Below, piece by piece: positions 22,585 through 35,926 of a stretch of DNA of 54,533 bases. The stretch is from Azolla caroliniana. Taxonomy: Eukaryota; Plantae; Polypodiophyta. The position numbers and the translations under genes are program-made. Each line of letters opens with the position of its first letter. Within the stretch, counting starts at the first letter, position 1. The notes under the pieces were generated by a model. That model was not told the DNA's origin, did not search any database, and saw only the letters and a list, made by a program, of their open reading frames with translations. The stretch spans positions 1 through 54,533 of the forward strand of contig JBHGNT010000198.1 in the NCBI GenBank assembly GCA_043228905.1. The letters run 5' to 3'.

Positions 22585-23279
22585 CAAGTCGGGACTAAGT
22601 AGGGACAACTCGCCAAAACCAACAAATAAGAGAGATAGCAAAATGGTTGCACACTCCTTAAAACTAGGATGATGAGAATGAAAGAATAGGAGAGAATGAA
22701 AATAATGGGAATGGTTACGAAGGAGTGGATCGTCGTTATATAGGCCAAATATGGTTGTTGGGACTAGAAGTTGGGTGGTCCCCTTGGAACTAGGTTGTCC
22801 AACCCAAGATGGTGCCTTCTTTGGGACTAGGGTTGGCCCCATTGGTGGGTTCCAACTCAGATTGGGACTGTGTCCTAGTTGGGGCAACCTAGGGACACCA
22901 CACATGTTGTTGAAGGGTATTATAAGCTAAGTTTGATATAACTGTTGATGGGAGTATAAAATTTACTTTTGTGTTTTTCTTTGCAACATAGAATCTTCTC
23001 TTCACCTTTTGTCTTATTCTTGTATCAAGGATTAAGTGATTAATAAAAAAAGGTTTGTGATTAATAAAAAGAGGTTTTCTAACTCCTACTTGGATTTAAA
23101 TTTTCTTTAAGTAGCAAATCACTGGTTAGAGACCGTCATAGTTGAGTGATTGTTTTCTTAGTTATTTAATCTTGTTATGAGCTTTGAAGCAATTCACTTG
23201 AACTAACTATGAGTTTACAACTTCTTTTGCCTGTCTTTCCAACAACAATGTGGATAGTTGTGCATGATCAACGACCTCA

Positions 23280-24201
23280 ACTAGGGAGTACAAATCTTGA
23301 TCAAGTATAGATGTGCTCAGAGTAAACACCTAGAGATACACACTTCTCAAAGTGTTCAAGACGGAGGACTGTAAGTCAACTTCCACACTAATGGAGATCA
23401 ACTTAAAGTTGTTGAAGATTAGGAGATGAAGGTTGGATAGATTAGAAAAATATCAATCCCTAGTTGAAGGCTAGGAGAGGACGAGATCCTATATTTCTAC
23501 AACATGAGTCCAAACGTAACCAATGTGGTAAGAGTGTTGGCAAAATTCACAACAAATCCAAAGAAGGGACATTGGCAAGCTAGGATGCATACTCTTAGAT
23601 ACATAAAGGGTATAATCAAATATGACATCCTTCATGACCAAAGGACAAAGTAATTCGAGTGTTGTGATTCCAACTAGGAGGGATCCAAAGAACAAGAGGC
23701 CAACTTATAGACTATGTTTGACTCTTGGGTTTCAAATATTTTCATGAAATACCAAGAAGCAGTTGAATGTTCATTATCTTCGATGAAAATCGAGTATAAT
23801 TTGCCATGCCCTGCATGCCATGAAGTAGTATAGTTAAGAAAGTTTTTGGTAAAAATCTAGATGTTGATTGATGGAAAACCAACACCCAAAGTCGCATTCC
23901 TATCATAGATTATATGTTGTATGGGCTGATTAAACATATTGGAATTCAATATCACCTCATACAAAAACTCATTTCTAATGAGAAGGTGAGCAACACAGGT
24001 AGATGTGACAACCAAAGTTGTTTTGCAAACACAAGTAATATGTCATATAGGCAAACTAGACATATTGAGATTCAGTGCCCCTCATATGAAAGGTCATATT
24101 AGAATATTCTCCATTATAGGAGAACTATGCTTCTCTCTTCATGAAGACCCTAAGACATGAGCAGCCTAAGAAGTAGTTGTGATTAGTTCAAGTGGGAGGA
24201 T
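23280..24201 (+). pseudogene. highly decayed copia RT/RNase H remnant
   Basis: EDCKSTSTLMEINLKL, KYQSLVEG, NPKKGHWQA...LRYIKG, KHIGIQYHLI; purine tract ~24191-24200. Confidence 0.7.
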
Positions 24202-25623
24202 ACCATGCAAGTAGAGAAAAGTTTTATATGTATTTGTTGGCTCAAGACATGAGACACATCCCTCTTTGTAGTGAATTGTGCTATAACCAAGCCTAAGCAC
24301 TTTGCATACTATACATATCTCTTTTGCCTCATCACTTCATTTTATTTTCCATGTATCCAATGGCTCAATCCTTTTATACTCATGTTGAATATAATGACAT
24401 TGTCACAACTAACTATTATCATTTGGTATGTACGATGTCTACACAAGAAAGTGTTAAAAGTAAATTTGGTCATGCATACTTTTTATCTCAAGGAATGCCG
24501 AAACACTTGAGAATATAGATGTCAAATTCTCAAAACACTCCATGCAAGTTTAAATGCTCATGAAATATTATAAATGCTTGTATGCTTTATGTGTTCATGG
24601 AAAAAGGACTTTATGAGAGTGGAGAACTTGATACAAAGGTATGAAACATTTACACATTTGAAAAAGTATGTGGATACAAGATATAGTATGCTTATTTAAA
24701 ATAAATACGGTAGTAATAATGTGCTGGGAATTAAAATGAAGGATGTTCATATGTGATGATGTAGTTATAAATGTCATGCTTTACAAGCTTATGGTTGTCA
24801 ATGGTCATTCAAGTCTAATGCAATGGGTTTAATAGAAAGAAGAAGTAATATTATCTCTTTGAAATAACTACAAAAAACGATGTATTGATAACTTTGAAAT
24901 GATTATACTAAAGTGGTTCTAAATTCTACCTACAAAATTGCTGATGGATTTTACCCATGTAACTATAATGCATGCATGAATGCTACAAATTTTAAATTAT
25001 TACAACATTTTGAACATGACATATCCTAGTTAAAGGAGCAAATTACATGCATTTTTTTGGTGACATATCCATGTCAAAAAATGTAATGCAAATAGTGTCA
25101 ATCAAATATCTCGGTGGAAAAATAATCCTTGGAAAGGAAATTTGTTGACATATTCTTGGAAAGGAAATTTGTAGGTGGAAAATAAACGCGCTAAATGGTT
25201 GGATTTGAAAGGCAAGGAGCCGTGGTGTAAATGATTACATATGCAAGAAATAAACATAGTACATTGATCTCCAATATAACAGATCTAACTTGTAATGAAG
25301 ACTTCTTGGTAGTATGATAGAAACGGTGTTCAGATGGTTTTGGTCATTGAAGAATATTCAAATTTTTATGTGCTACATGAGTACATATGAGTGGATACAT
25401 AGTGTTGTTTGAATGCTTCTTGCGAGAAAAGTTAAAAGTCAAGAAAGATTTTTTTTTACATATGCTCACTTTAATTGTAAAAAATCTTTTAATAACACCA
25501 CAACACGTGTTAGGTTGACGTAAAATGTCGTTCACTTTTTCATCATTTCGTTTACATAGAAGAATCATAATGTCAAAAAATTAAACAATCAAAAGAACCC
25601 TACGAACAAATAATAATCGATGC

Positions 25624-26598
25624 CGTGTTGGCTAAAATACCGGTTTTCAAATTAGAATGGGACCCAATGGATTATCAGTGGACAGACCCTTTTACGGGTA
25701 ACAAATTTAATTTTTTCCAATATTCTGTACAGTTAGGAAGACATGTGCTTTCAGATATACGAGATGTGACACCGGCTGCTTTTCAATTTTGGAATCAACA
25801 AGGTATTACTCCCCAATTCCTGGCAAATTTTTGGGTAGTGTTATGGGCTAGAAAACAGCCACACCAAATATTGCATGTACAGTGGTTGCTTGTACATCGA
25901 GCCTTGCCAGTTGGCAGATGGCTGCATAGGATGGGAGTAGAGTCTACTTGCGCACGATGTCGTTTACAAATGGAAACTCAAAAACATTGCTTATGGGAAT
26001 GTATTGAGTCTCAATTGATATGGCAACGTCTCCTTAGAATTTTTGCTAATTATTTCTCCCCGTTGGTTTTCACTTGGGGTATGGTGGTTTGGACATCTCT
26101 TGTCCGTGATGTATTTCATTATGATAACGAATCAATGGACCATGGATTTTGCACTAATTTTGGAAGAGTACATAAAGTACCATTGTTGTCACTATAGTTT
26201 ACAGGAATACGAAAGGAAGTCCAACCAGTATGGGAGATATTGAGTAGTACCACTATATATCATATTTGGAAGACTAGGTGCTCTCTTATTTTCCAACAAC
26301 TGAAAACACCACCGGCCGAATTGGTCTCAAATATTTGGTTAGACATAGTGCATACTTTGAAGGGACAATGGGATGGTATTATTGGTGACTCTGATGCTAA
26401 GATTGCTCAACGGCATGAGTTTATCACTATATGGAAACCTTCTCCATTCATGACAGCCAACTGTGGTACTCCTTATTGGCATTATCAACCTCCGAAATGG
26501 TTGTTCCCCCCCCCCCCAATTACATAGAACTTTGAATCTTGTAAAATGACTATACTAATGACAGGACATTTTTAAAAAAAATAAAAAATAATAATAAT
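25624..26598 (+). mobile_element. 5'-truncated L1-clade LINE (zf-RVT C-terminus)
   Basis: 15-bp TSD AATAATAATCGATGC (25609-25623 / 26599-26613); A/(AAT)n tail; QWLLVHRALP..CARC...ETQKHCLWEC; HIWKTRC; one in-frame stop at 26195; homologous to the 7615 LINE. Confidence 0.88.
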
Positions 26599-27243
26599 AA
26601 TAATAATCGATGCTCTTCCTCAACAACAAAGTATGGATAGAGACAAAACCAAATGAACACTACCATAAAAACTCAATTTGTGACCCAATTCAATCTCTCA
26701 AGCTTTTCATCACACAAACATTCTCTAGAGATGCCCATGAATATAAAAAGATATGTAGTGAACACCAACTAATTGTGGGGAATTAGTTGGTCTTAGAAGA
26801 CGTTAATATATATTTCTATCTCTCTCTCTCTCTCTCGACCCCCCGCCACCTGCCCCCCCCAAAAGTAAAACTAAACTTTTGAAACTGCCTATATGCATTC
26901 AACCTTAAATTTTCTGTACATATTTGTATTTTATTCCATGTCTTCCGTAAAAAGTATAGGTAGATGTTTGCACTTCAAGTGAAGTTTCAGGACAAATGTG
27001 GTTATAGATTTCATGTTGCATTATGTGTGTCTATATATACATGTCACATCTTCATAGATATGCATCCACATTAACCTCAAACAATTGTGATATACTCCTA
27101 AGTCATTGTATCTTCTCTCAACGACCTTCGAACATAGGTAATCTATTGGTTAGGACTCGTGCAATGGTTGTAGCATTACCATTTCATTTCTTGGGTATGC
27201 TCCATGCAATGGATAGATTCCATTATTGTTTCCCATACTCACA

Positions 27244-27456
27244 TCATCTCTCATTGCAACAAATAGGCCCTAATTGTTCTTGAAGTTTGTTCCATAAGCA
27301 AGCCATTTGTTTGGGCTTTTGATAGTGCGCTGTAATATAACCTTCACTACATCCTAAGTTGTTGAACTTTTTATCACTTACATAATATACTTCATTATTT
27401 TGCTTCTTGTATGCTTGAATCCAAATTCCCATTGAGACATCCTCTAGCTTGAATAA
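27244..27456 (-). CDS. GALT: GALT exon 7
   Basis: [13 protein letters not shown]...[13 protein letters not shown]...CCNER*. Confidence 0.9.
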   Translation of the reverse strand, partial: LFKLEDVSMGIWIQAYKKQNNEVYYVSDKKFNNLGCSEGYITAHYQKPKQMACLWNKLQEQLGPICCNER

Positions 27457-30040
27457 CTACATAAAATACAAAGTTAAATAAAAGGAACGTTGGATTTCTC
27501 TTCAAAGGATAGAATTTGAAGTTTAGGTACCTTTAGTCTCTGTCTATAATGAGAGTCTACAACAAATCGAGCTATATCTGCCGAAATAATATATCCTGGA
27601 CCCATAGCCCATGGCGGGTAAGAAGGGTTGGGCCATTCCTGTAGCAATAACACTATAGTTACAAAATGTAAACCTCTAATGTAAATTTGATCTCTTTATA
27701 TTCTTTTACACCTTTGTGTAGTGATGAATAATGATGTTTCAAAGAACACGAGGAATCATGGTAAGTAGTCTTGATGGTTTGACCTTGAAGAGTTACAATG
27801 TTTGGGGATTATGAATGAACTAATTATCGAGAGAACATTGAATGGAGTGTTTCTAATGGATACCCTAAAATCATTGTAAATCCAAACATGTGTATGCATA
27901 CATACATGTGCAAATTGAAATAAATTTTTAAGGAAATGTTTCCGGTTTTTACCCTATGATCAACGTAAACTTTCACTCATTAACTCCCCTATCTAGTTGT
28001 TATCTTATCCCTTTTTCACATTCTTATCCCCCCTAGAGATGAATAAAAGGTATATCATATATGTCCTCGATTAGCAAATTCCTTCTCTAGTTACTCTATA
28101 AGCATTCTATCAACATTTAGAATTAAATCATGTAAATGTGTTCAACTCGAAAATCTAATAGACTCTTAAAATTCACATGAATGAAGATGGCGGCTTTTCT
28201 TACATCTGTACTTATATACCATTTATCTGTAGGGTCTCGGCGTGGTTGGTTGTTGTATTCTATTGAACCATATAGAAGCCCTTTGCTCTTTCTTGTGTTT
28301 CTCAAACCTCTAAGCACTTCATCAACTCTCACAAAGGTGTCATCGTCGGTTTTCATAATATAATTTGGACGCATTTTCTCAACCTGAAACACAAGTGTGT
28401 TTGAAGAAATGGGTCAATGAAAAAAAAAACACTTACTCATAACGGAGAATTCTTCATCATGGAAATGACACTAGGAATCGTACCCCAAAAATGCATATGG
28501 CAATGGTCTTAAGTGTAATCAATTCGTAGTAGTCAACAAATGGCATGAGTTGAATGTCCCCATATCTCAATGCTTCTCTCCAAATCTCATCGTTTACTTG
28601 TTTGTTCGAGTGCTACAAAGATTAGTTAAAAATATCCCATTCAATCAACAAATGTCTCTCCATCTCTCTCTAGAACTAAGATTAGAAAACTAAAGACACG
28701 GTGTGTCAAGACTAAACTTTACAGGTGTGTTAACTAGTACGAATCGGCAACGGTTCGGTTTTGGCTTAACCTGTTTTGCCTTGTCCAAACCAAACTAGTT
28801 AAGCCTAAACCAGTTTGGGGGTTTCCAAACCTGAACCGAACCGGTTCCTAAACCGGTTTAGATTAACCGGTTTGGCTAAGCCAATTAAGCCATAACCAGC
28901 TTGGTAACCGGTTTGAGCAATCCCAAACCGAGCTCAAGCCTAACCCGAACCAAACCGAACCACCAAACCATTTTTAAACGGTTTGACGGTTCGGTTTAGG
29001 CTTGAGTCGAGCCATTGCCAATTCCTGTTAACTAGAACAAAAACGTTGGTACCTGCCCAACAAAAAAACGCACGGTGACCTTCCCAGAGCGTACAACTTC
29101 ATATTGCATCCACGATCGTCGAACCGCCATCCGCCTATCGAAATTATTGGCAGTCGAAAACACACCAATGAAGAGCTCATTCATTTTCTTGTGGGGCAAC
29201 CTAGGTGCTTTGAGTAGCTCTAAGCCAACTTGAGAGATGTCCTCCGAAGTCGGAAGGCCAGTGGACAAGATCGAGGTTGGTGTTACACTTCCTTTCAATC
29301 TCACTCTCGTAACCAACGATGGTTTCAAGTTCTGAACCCAAGAGAAACAATAATGAGAACTCTAAGGGAGGGCTATGGGGTATGTTAGTGGATATCAAGA
29401 AAGTTTAAGCATCCTCATTCAATCGTCCCGACTTGAACTTGAATGGCATGCATGCATTCATTTGTTCCACTAGGAGAAGGGCACGTTGGTAAATCTTCGG
29501 AAACTTACTTAGGGATGTATGTGGGTAGATTTAACTACAAAAGAGAGTTCCTCAGAGTATACCTGCCTGTATGCATAGGAAGTGATATGTTTCCCATTGA
29601 TGGTCATGTGGAATCCTTCCCATCCCACCCACAAAGTTGCGGCAAAAGGCGAGCCCTCTACGAACGGGAACCGCTCCTTTGTATTACTACTTCTACTCGG
29701 CAATTTGCGTGTCCCGGCTCTCGTCACAACATTGTCCCCAACTTCCTGCGCGAGCCCGACAATCTTACCATTACAAGGTTCCATATCATCCACTGCTGCA
29801 TGAAAGACCCAAAGGAGAAACAACGGAAAAAAACTTAGAACAACACGGCTAAAACCTAAAAGAGATGGCATGTGTGCGTGTGTGCGCTTTGGATGATCGA
29901 TCGGGTGCAAATGGGGCCGGAAAAATTGTGATACTAAGATCAGACATATATTTGCACGGTGCGAAAAATCTCAAGATAACTTCTTGTGATACATATGTGG
30001 GCATGTGTGTGAAGATAACTTCTTGTGATACATATGTGGG

Positions 30041-30109
<69 letters not shown>

Positions 30110-31393
30110 ATGCTCAGATTAGTAGAGGGGTGATGTGGTGATGGTGATGGTGATGGTGATGGTGGACATATGTGTGTAATGTATGTGTAGCGTGTGTTTG
30201 TGTGTTTGAAGCTTCTTCTTGTGGTATGATGCTTACCTTTTCTCAGATTAGTTGAGGGATGATGGTGATGGTGATGGTGATGGTGATGGTGATGGTGATG
30301 GTGATGGTGATGGTGATGGTGATGGTGGACATGTGTGTGTAGTGTGTGTTTGAAACTTCTTATTGTGGTATGATGCTTTACCTTTCCTCAGATTAGTAGA
30401 GGGTTGATGTGGTGATGGTGATGATGATGATGGTGGTGGACATCTTTGTTCATCTGCTCCCCAACCATGATCACTTGTCCATGTGTTCTGGATGATCATG
30501 GGGCCATGATGGTGGTGGCTATGGTGTCCCTGCAATGTCACATTGAAGTGCAGAATGATGGGAGCTTCTTCTTCTTCTTGATGATGATGATGATGATCCA
30601 TGTCTCCACCATCTCCCAGAAGATCAATCGCAAAACCACCATCTCCCCCTGCAATGGCCACAATTGTGATGGAAGAATCCACTACCAATCCACATGGTAT
30701 CTGTAGATCTTCCATCCTCCCATGGCTTCTTGTGCCACTCTGATTGAGCATTGAGCATACAGAGGAAGGGCACTTCTTCATCTCCATTGCCTTTCTTGCA
30801 TCGTTATCATCGGCGGAGTGTCCATGGCCCTTTTTCTTCTTCCCTCGCTGCTGCCTCTGCTCTTCCATGAACTCTAGCCAGTACTTTTCGGCCTCTTTCA
30901 TGGCTTGCTTTGCTTTGGGAAAGCAATCAGGGCGAGAGAGAACAGGCGCCATATACTTCCACAGAGAGAGGGCAGAACTGGACCTTTCTTCTTCTTCTTC
31001 TTCTTCGTTGTCTCGTGGCGATGGTGATAATGATGGTGATGAAGATGGCGATGTGTTTGTTGATGATGGTAATCCTTGCCTCACCATCATCTCTGAGCGA
31101 ACCAAATGGATCCACCTGGTTGCTTCAGAAGCCGCTGCAGCTCTGTCTCTGAGATAACTCTCTGCATGTGGATATGGCAGCATAAGATCAATTTGTGAGC
31201 TCCTGGGGAAGAAGAAGAGATTCAAGGGCATGGAGCCATGAGCTTCAAGCAAAGTGGTGTGATATGATGAGAGGGGGCCTTGGAAGAGATTGAAGGAGAT
31301 AACAACTGTGAACACGAACAGTATGAGGAGAACACCAAGCCATTTCTTCATCTGAAACACTGGGAAGCAATCAAACCATCCCTTCCATTTCAT
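27244..31393 (-). CDS. GALT: galectin-domain GT31 beta-1,3-galactosyltransferase (GALT1/GALT3 group), 7 exons, ~717 aa
   Basis: join(31393-30382, 29795-29563, 29331-29053, 28612-28484, 28383-28204, 27638-27531, 27456-27244); all introns GT-AG and frame-consistent (2154 nt). N-terminal TM anchor, [56 protein letters not shown]. Confidence 0.92.
27531..27638 (-). CDS. GALT: GALT exon 6
   Basis: [27 protein letters not shown]. Confidence 0.9.
28204..28383 (-). CDS. GALT: GALT exon 5 (DxD motif)
   Basis: [17 protein letters not shown]...KWYIS. Confidence 0.9.
28484..28612 (-). CDS. GALT: GALT exon 4
   Basis: [43 protein letters not shown]. Confidence 0.9.
28738..29027. mobile_element. hAT-family MITE (290 bp) in GALT intron 3
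   Basis: 8-bp TSD TTAACTAG (28730-28737 / 29028-29035); imperfect TIRs TACGAATCGGCAACGGTTCG / CAGGAATTGGCAATGGCTCG; repeated AAACC(G) motifs. Confidence 0.8.
29053..29331 (-). CDS. GALT: GALT exon 3
   Basis: GLPTSED...[25 protein letters not shown]...RFFVG. Confidence 0.9.
29563..29795 (-). CDS. GALT: GALT exon 2 (galectin C-half)
   Basis: [35 protein letters not shown]; CAGCAG acceptor. Confidence 0.88.
29973..30335. repeat. compound repeats in GALT intron 1: 39-bp duplication, (GT)n, (GATGGT)n and duplicated exon-intron junction
   Basis: Directly visible; CTCAGATTAG recurs at 30113, 30242 and 30387. Confidence 0.85.
30382..31393 (-). CDS. GALT: GALT exon 1 (signal anchor, stem, first half of galectin domain)
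   Basis: ATG 31393 (alternative MKKW start); donor AG|GTAAAG; poly-E/H/S tracts. Confidence 0.85.
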
Positions 31394-31672
31394 TTTAGGG
31401 TTTGGTGCAGGAATTATTATGGAATTGGAGACAGAATTTGCGAGGCTTTTTTAGGGTTTGGTGTAGGAATTATTATGGTATTGGAGACAGAATTTGTGAG
31501 GCTTTTTTAGGGTTTGGTGTAGGAATTATTATGGTATTGGAGACAGAATTTGTGAGGCTTTTTTAGGGTTTGGTGTAGGAATTATTATGGTATTGGAGAC
31601 AGAATTTGTGAGGCTTTTTTAGGGTTTGGTGCAGGAATTATTATGGTATTGGAGACAGAATTTGTGAAGCTT
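31393..31672 (-). repeat. 56-bp tandem repeat x5, each unit with a telo-box AAACCCTAA, abutting the GALT start codon
   Basis: TAGGGTTTGG at 31396, 31452, 31508, 31564 and 31620 (exact 56-bp period). Confidence 0.92.
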
Positions 31673-32162
31673 GCAAATAATGGCTTCTTAAAGTTATACT
31701 ATCTATATGCATCCCATCCCACCCCACCTTCCTTTCCCTTTTAAGATTCAGTCAAAATCTAACCAGGGCCTCTGCTTTGTATTGAAGAAAAAGGGGGATT
31801 CAATCACTGCTTTGACTGAAATTTGCACTGGGAATGTTACTGTATGCATGCATGCATTACACATACATATACATACATACATACATACATACATATTAGC
31901 AATTTGTAGGTGTGTGATCTAGCACAAACTTTATGGTCTGCAGCTTCAATCTGGTAAGGTGTGTGACATGTGTGGGTGTGTCTGTATAATCTGGCACAAA
32001 GCTATGGCTTTTAGCTGCAATTTGGTAATGTATAGGCATATGCATATGCATCTATACCTATGTGAATGTGCGTATAATCTGACACAAAGCTATGGCTTTT
32101 AGTTTCCAATGTCCATATATATATAATCTACCTATCTATATAGAGATATATCATATACATAT

Positions 32163-32197
<35 letters not shown>

Positions 32198-34999
32198 CAT
32201 GTGTGTGGGCAATATACATTATTTGGATAATTTCTTTACAAAGAAAGAAAGAAAGAAAGGGGTTGGTTCATTTCAGCTTTCACTTTCAGAGCATCCCTCT
32301 GTTTTTTCACACATCTGACAAGAAAGCCAGATGACCAAGCCATAAGGGTAGAATTTTCATGGCACCTCAAAAAGAGAGAGATAGAGATAAGGGGGAAGGG
32401 GGAGGGGGGGGTATCAGTTCAATTCATTCAGTCAATCAAGTCATTGAGTCTTGCTTGGAAATGGTCTATGGAATCTCTTACCAACTAAAGTTATGCTATT
32501 ACTAGACTTTATGCTATTATTAGGCATTTGCATGCCCAGATATAGATATATATATATATAGTATTTATTGATTTCACACACACAGAGACATGAGAGATAG
32601 GATGAGAGTTCAAGAGTAGCAAACAAAACACATTGAATTGTGTATGTAAGTCCACAACAAATCTCTCATGACACACGCCAATTCAACATTGTTTAGTGAA
32701 AGGAATCTGGTATGTATATTGAAACCAAGTAGCCAGACCATTAACACTAGACTATCATATAAAAAGGAGATGTAAAGAGCCATACATCAACATCCTTGTG
32801 GCTTGACCATTGATTTATGATCTCATGAGAAAGAACTTTAATGTAATGTTGAACTCTTCTTCTTCTTCTTCTCCAAAAAATAATGTTGAACTCTTAGGAT
32901 TCATGAAAGCACGAATAGGTTGATACACAAATATAACATGTAATTTGGATTTAAACACATAGGTCTTGAAACCATATGCAGGAAAGTGGGAAAATTTGCG
33001 ACGTTCATGATATACAACAAATGAAATGAAGTTTGTCTTTTGATAAGGGGAAGAACTTTTGTGGTGGAGCAAAGGTGGTTTCACTTTCAATCTCACATTG
33101 ATCACCATTAAAATAATAAATTAATGTGAACGCTTAGTTAAAGTTCATACCAAAGTAGAGATTGATGTGTGGTAATGTCATCGACATCTTAGCCTTGACA
33201 ATCTCTACAGATGATATCGATGGATTGATTATTATTTAACTAAACACTCATGTCAAGGCCTCATATTTAGAACCTTGCCTTAAAGTTGCTTGCTTACCCT
33301 GTCCTGTGTCTTCATTTTATGAAAGCTAGATTCCCAAACAATGAGAATCTGTTTTTTACAAAGCATGGTTTAAAAACTCAGTGGAGGAGGATTACCTAAA
33401 GATAATCACAATTTAAAACACTATGCTTGTTTTCAAAACTTCCGATATATGCTTGGATAACCTTGAGGAACCTTGTAGAAAAAAAGGAACCAATATCAAC
33501 AAATTATGCATCTAATTACCCTTGTTTAGAATATCTATACAAACTTATAATCAATTATGCATCTAATAAGAACTTGAATAGTTGGGGATACAATTTACAA
33601 ACACACGAATACATCTATGTATGTTATGTGGAACACTAGAGGATCAAAATATATATTTAAAGCACATTTCCCCGTAGGGGGCAACACTACTTAAACCTTG
33701 GAGTATTGTAGTTTTAATGTTCACTACCAAGTCCTGAGGAGTGTTCTTCATCACTGTGGCTAGTTGTGGGATTGGAGGACTTCATTGCCTAATGTCAAAG
33801 TCACATCATTCTTCAACACACGAAAGCGCATACCTCTCCACTTCACACAATTATGGAATCCTCAAAGTTTATTGAATCAAACTACAATTAGTTACACAAT
33901 TTAGTTGTACAACTAATCACTACGCAAACTAAATAATATGGATGTCTTAATTGATATATATTTACTACATAAGAAACAAATGAGGCTTCCCAAATAAATA
34001 GATAGTAAATAAATAAACATGTATCTCTCTATTAACTAGTATGGAAAAGCTACATTGTCGAAAATGACACTTAGTGAATCCAAAAGAGAGAATGAGTACC
34101 AAAAGGTAGTCCCAAAGTTGGGGCACTAGAACACCATTTTTTACAATAGAGCTTTTGCCCTTTTTTTCAAAAAAAAAATGCTACCCATTAGTTAGGAAGA
34201 AATACCCGAGGTATCATATGCACAAGAGCTTTTACCCTTTTATATAAGTTGAAAAAAAACTAAAGGATCCCTTTCACATTTCAATCCCATTGGCCATTTG
34301 TCAATCTTATCTAATAAAGGGTAGCTCCCACTAATCTGGCACACACTAATAACTACACTAAGAGCTCATGTATGAGCGGATTGATGGTACTAATGATGTG
34401 CAGAACTAATGAGGCTGAATTTTCAAAAGCGATGGTGTACTACACCAATGGCCGCAGCAAATGGAATGGATATACTATGGAAGTATGAAGTACCCAAATG
34501 GTTGTTCCCCCCTCCCATTAGATGATCGAGGGGCGTGAAAGACATGGCATGTGGGATAGTGAAGTAGGTGATGTGCATGAAAGGATGGCTAGAGCCATAT
34601 GTGAAAGTGTAAGATAAATAAGCGAGATCTCTTTGTAGGATAGGATAGTCTTGGCTCGGTCTACCCGAGAAAGGGATCGAGTTTGTGTATATTTTAACTA
34701 AAGGAGTATATTCTTTTTTGGTAAAAATAAAAGGGTAGCTCCCCACAAATTACAATATGGCCATGTTTCTTACATACATTTGGCCTATGGCCAATATTTT
34801 AGATCGGAAATACTATGCCTTATTTAGGGTTGTTAAAACTAGTGAACCCTTTCACAATATCTAAGCTTGTTTTCTCTTTATTTTTGTGTTGGAACTGGTC
34901 CTGTTTTGTGCAAGAAAACATTGTCTAAAAATGAAAACTACTAGTTGCTTATTTCAAATCTCCAAGATAATGTTATCTATCCTTTTCTCTACTTTTCTA

Positions 35000-35810
35000 T
35001 TCAGTAACAATTTTGTTATGTCCCGCTCAAGCAATTGGATAAATACTTGAAAGTTGACATTACCCACTTGTATGTAAAATGTTTGGAACGTTGGATGTCT
35101 CCATCATTGTGTGAGAATATCTATCGGTGGTGGTTGTGAGTTATATGGTGTGCATATTAGACCTCTATCTAATGGAAATGGGAAATTCACCTCCATGCAT
35201 AATGCACTTGTACCTTGTAGGATTCCGTTTGTGTTCCCGTGGTTGGGTTCTTGTTTTGGGTGACTATTCTTCATTTTGTTACGTAGGTGTTATATAGGAT
35301 TCACTAGGTTTTCTACTTATTGTCCCCATAAGAAATGAATGTTAATGTTTTGCCATAGTGTCGCGTGTGTCATGACTTCTTTTAGTATCTACAAAATAAG
35401 TTTTCCTTGTGTTCCTCCCATCTTTGTTTGTCATGGTTGACTCATTGATTGATTATGGCTCAAACATTAGGTTATATGACTTCATTAAATAGTGTAATGC
35501 TTCCTTAACCAATATCTACATTCATACCGAATCTAATTCCTTGCTAATACTAAAATCAAATTCCTAAATTAATCATATTTTGTAAGCTCCTTGAAGATGG
35601 TCACATCATTCACATTCTATTTTCATGTCATGTCTATGATCGTCAAGTTCTTGCCACAAGTCCTTTAGTTCATTCACATATTTAGTTACAACTCAACTAC
35701 CATGTTTTTTCAAGCAAGGTTCTAGCCCTTATCTAATACACTAGGCTGCAGCTCAAGCCTTTGAATAGTATAGCAACTTGTAGTTTTCCTAGATCTCTTC
35801 AACCAATTTG
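35000..35810 (-). pseudogene. decayed copia gag remnant
   Basis: Minus-strand VTKYVNELKDLWQELDDHR, ELDSV*M*ILVKE, decayed knuckle CRY*KKS*HTRDT. Confidence 0.55.
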
Positions 35811-35926
35811 ACATGTAGTAGTCTCAATAGATTGCATCATAGGGATACTATTAGATTTAAATATGTCAAATAAATGTGTAACTTGCTAAGAGGAACTTGG
35901 AACGAAGGGCTGAATGTTACAGGTCT

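Noticed and set aside
26764-26791. 11-bp hairpin ACCAACTAATT/AATTAGTTGGT as a Helitron end
   Set aside because: The stem is AT-rich, no CTRR terminus lies at the expected distance, and there is no other Helitron evidence.
31393-31672. CRISPR-like or telomeric array
   Set aside because: The units are contiguous with no unique spacers, each has one telo-box rather than (TTTAGGG)n, there are no cas genes, and the context is eukaryotic.
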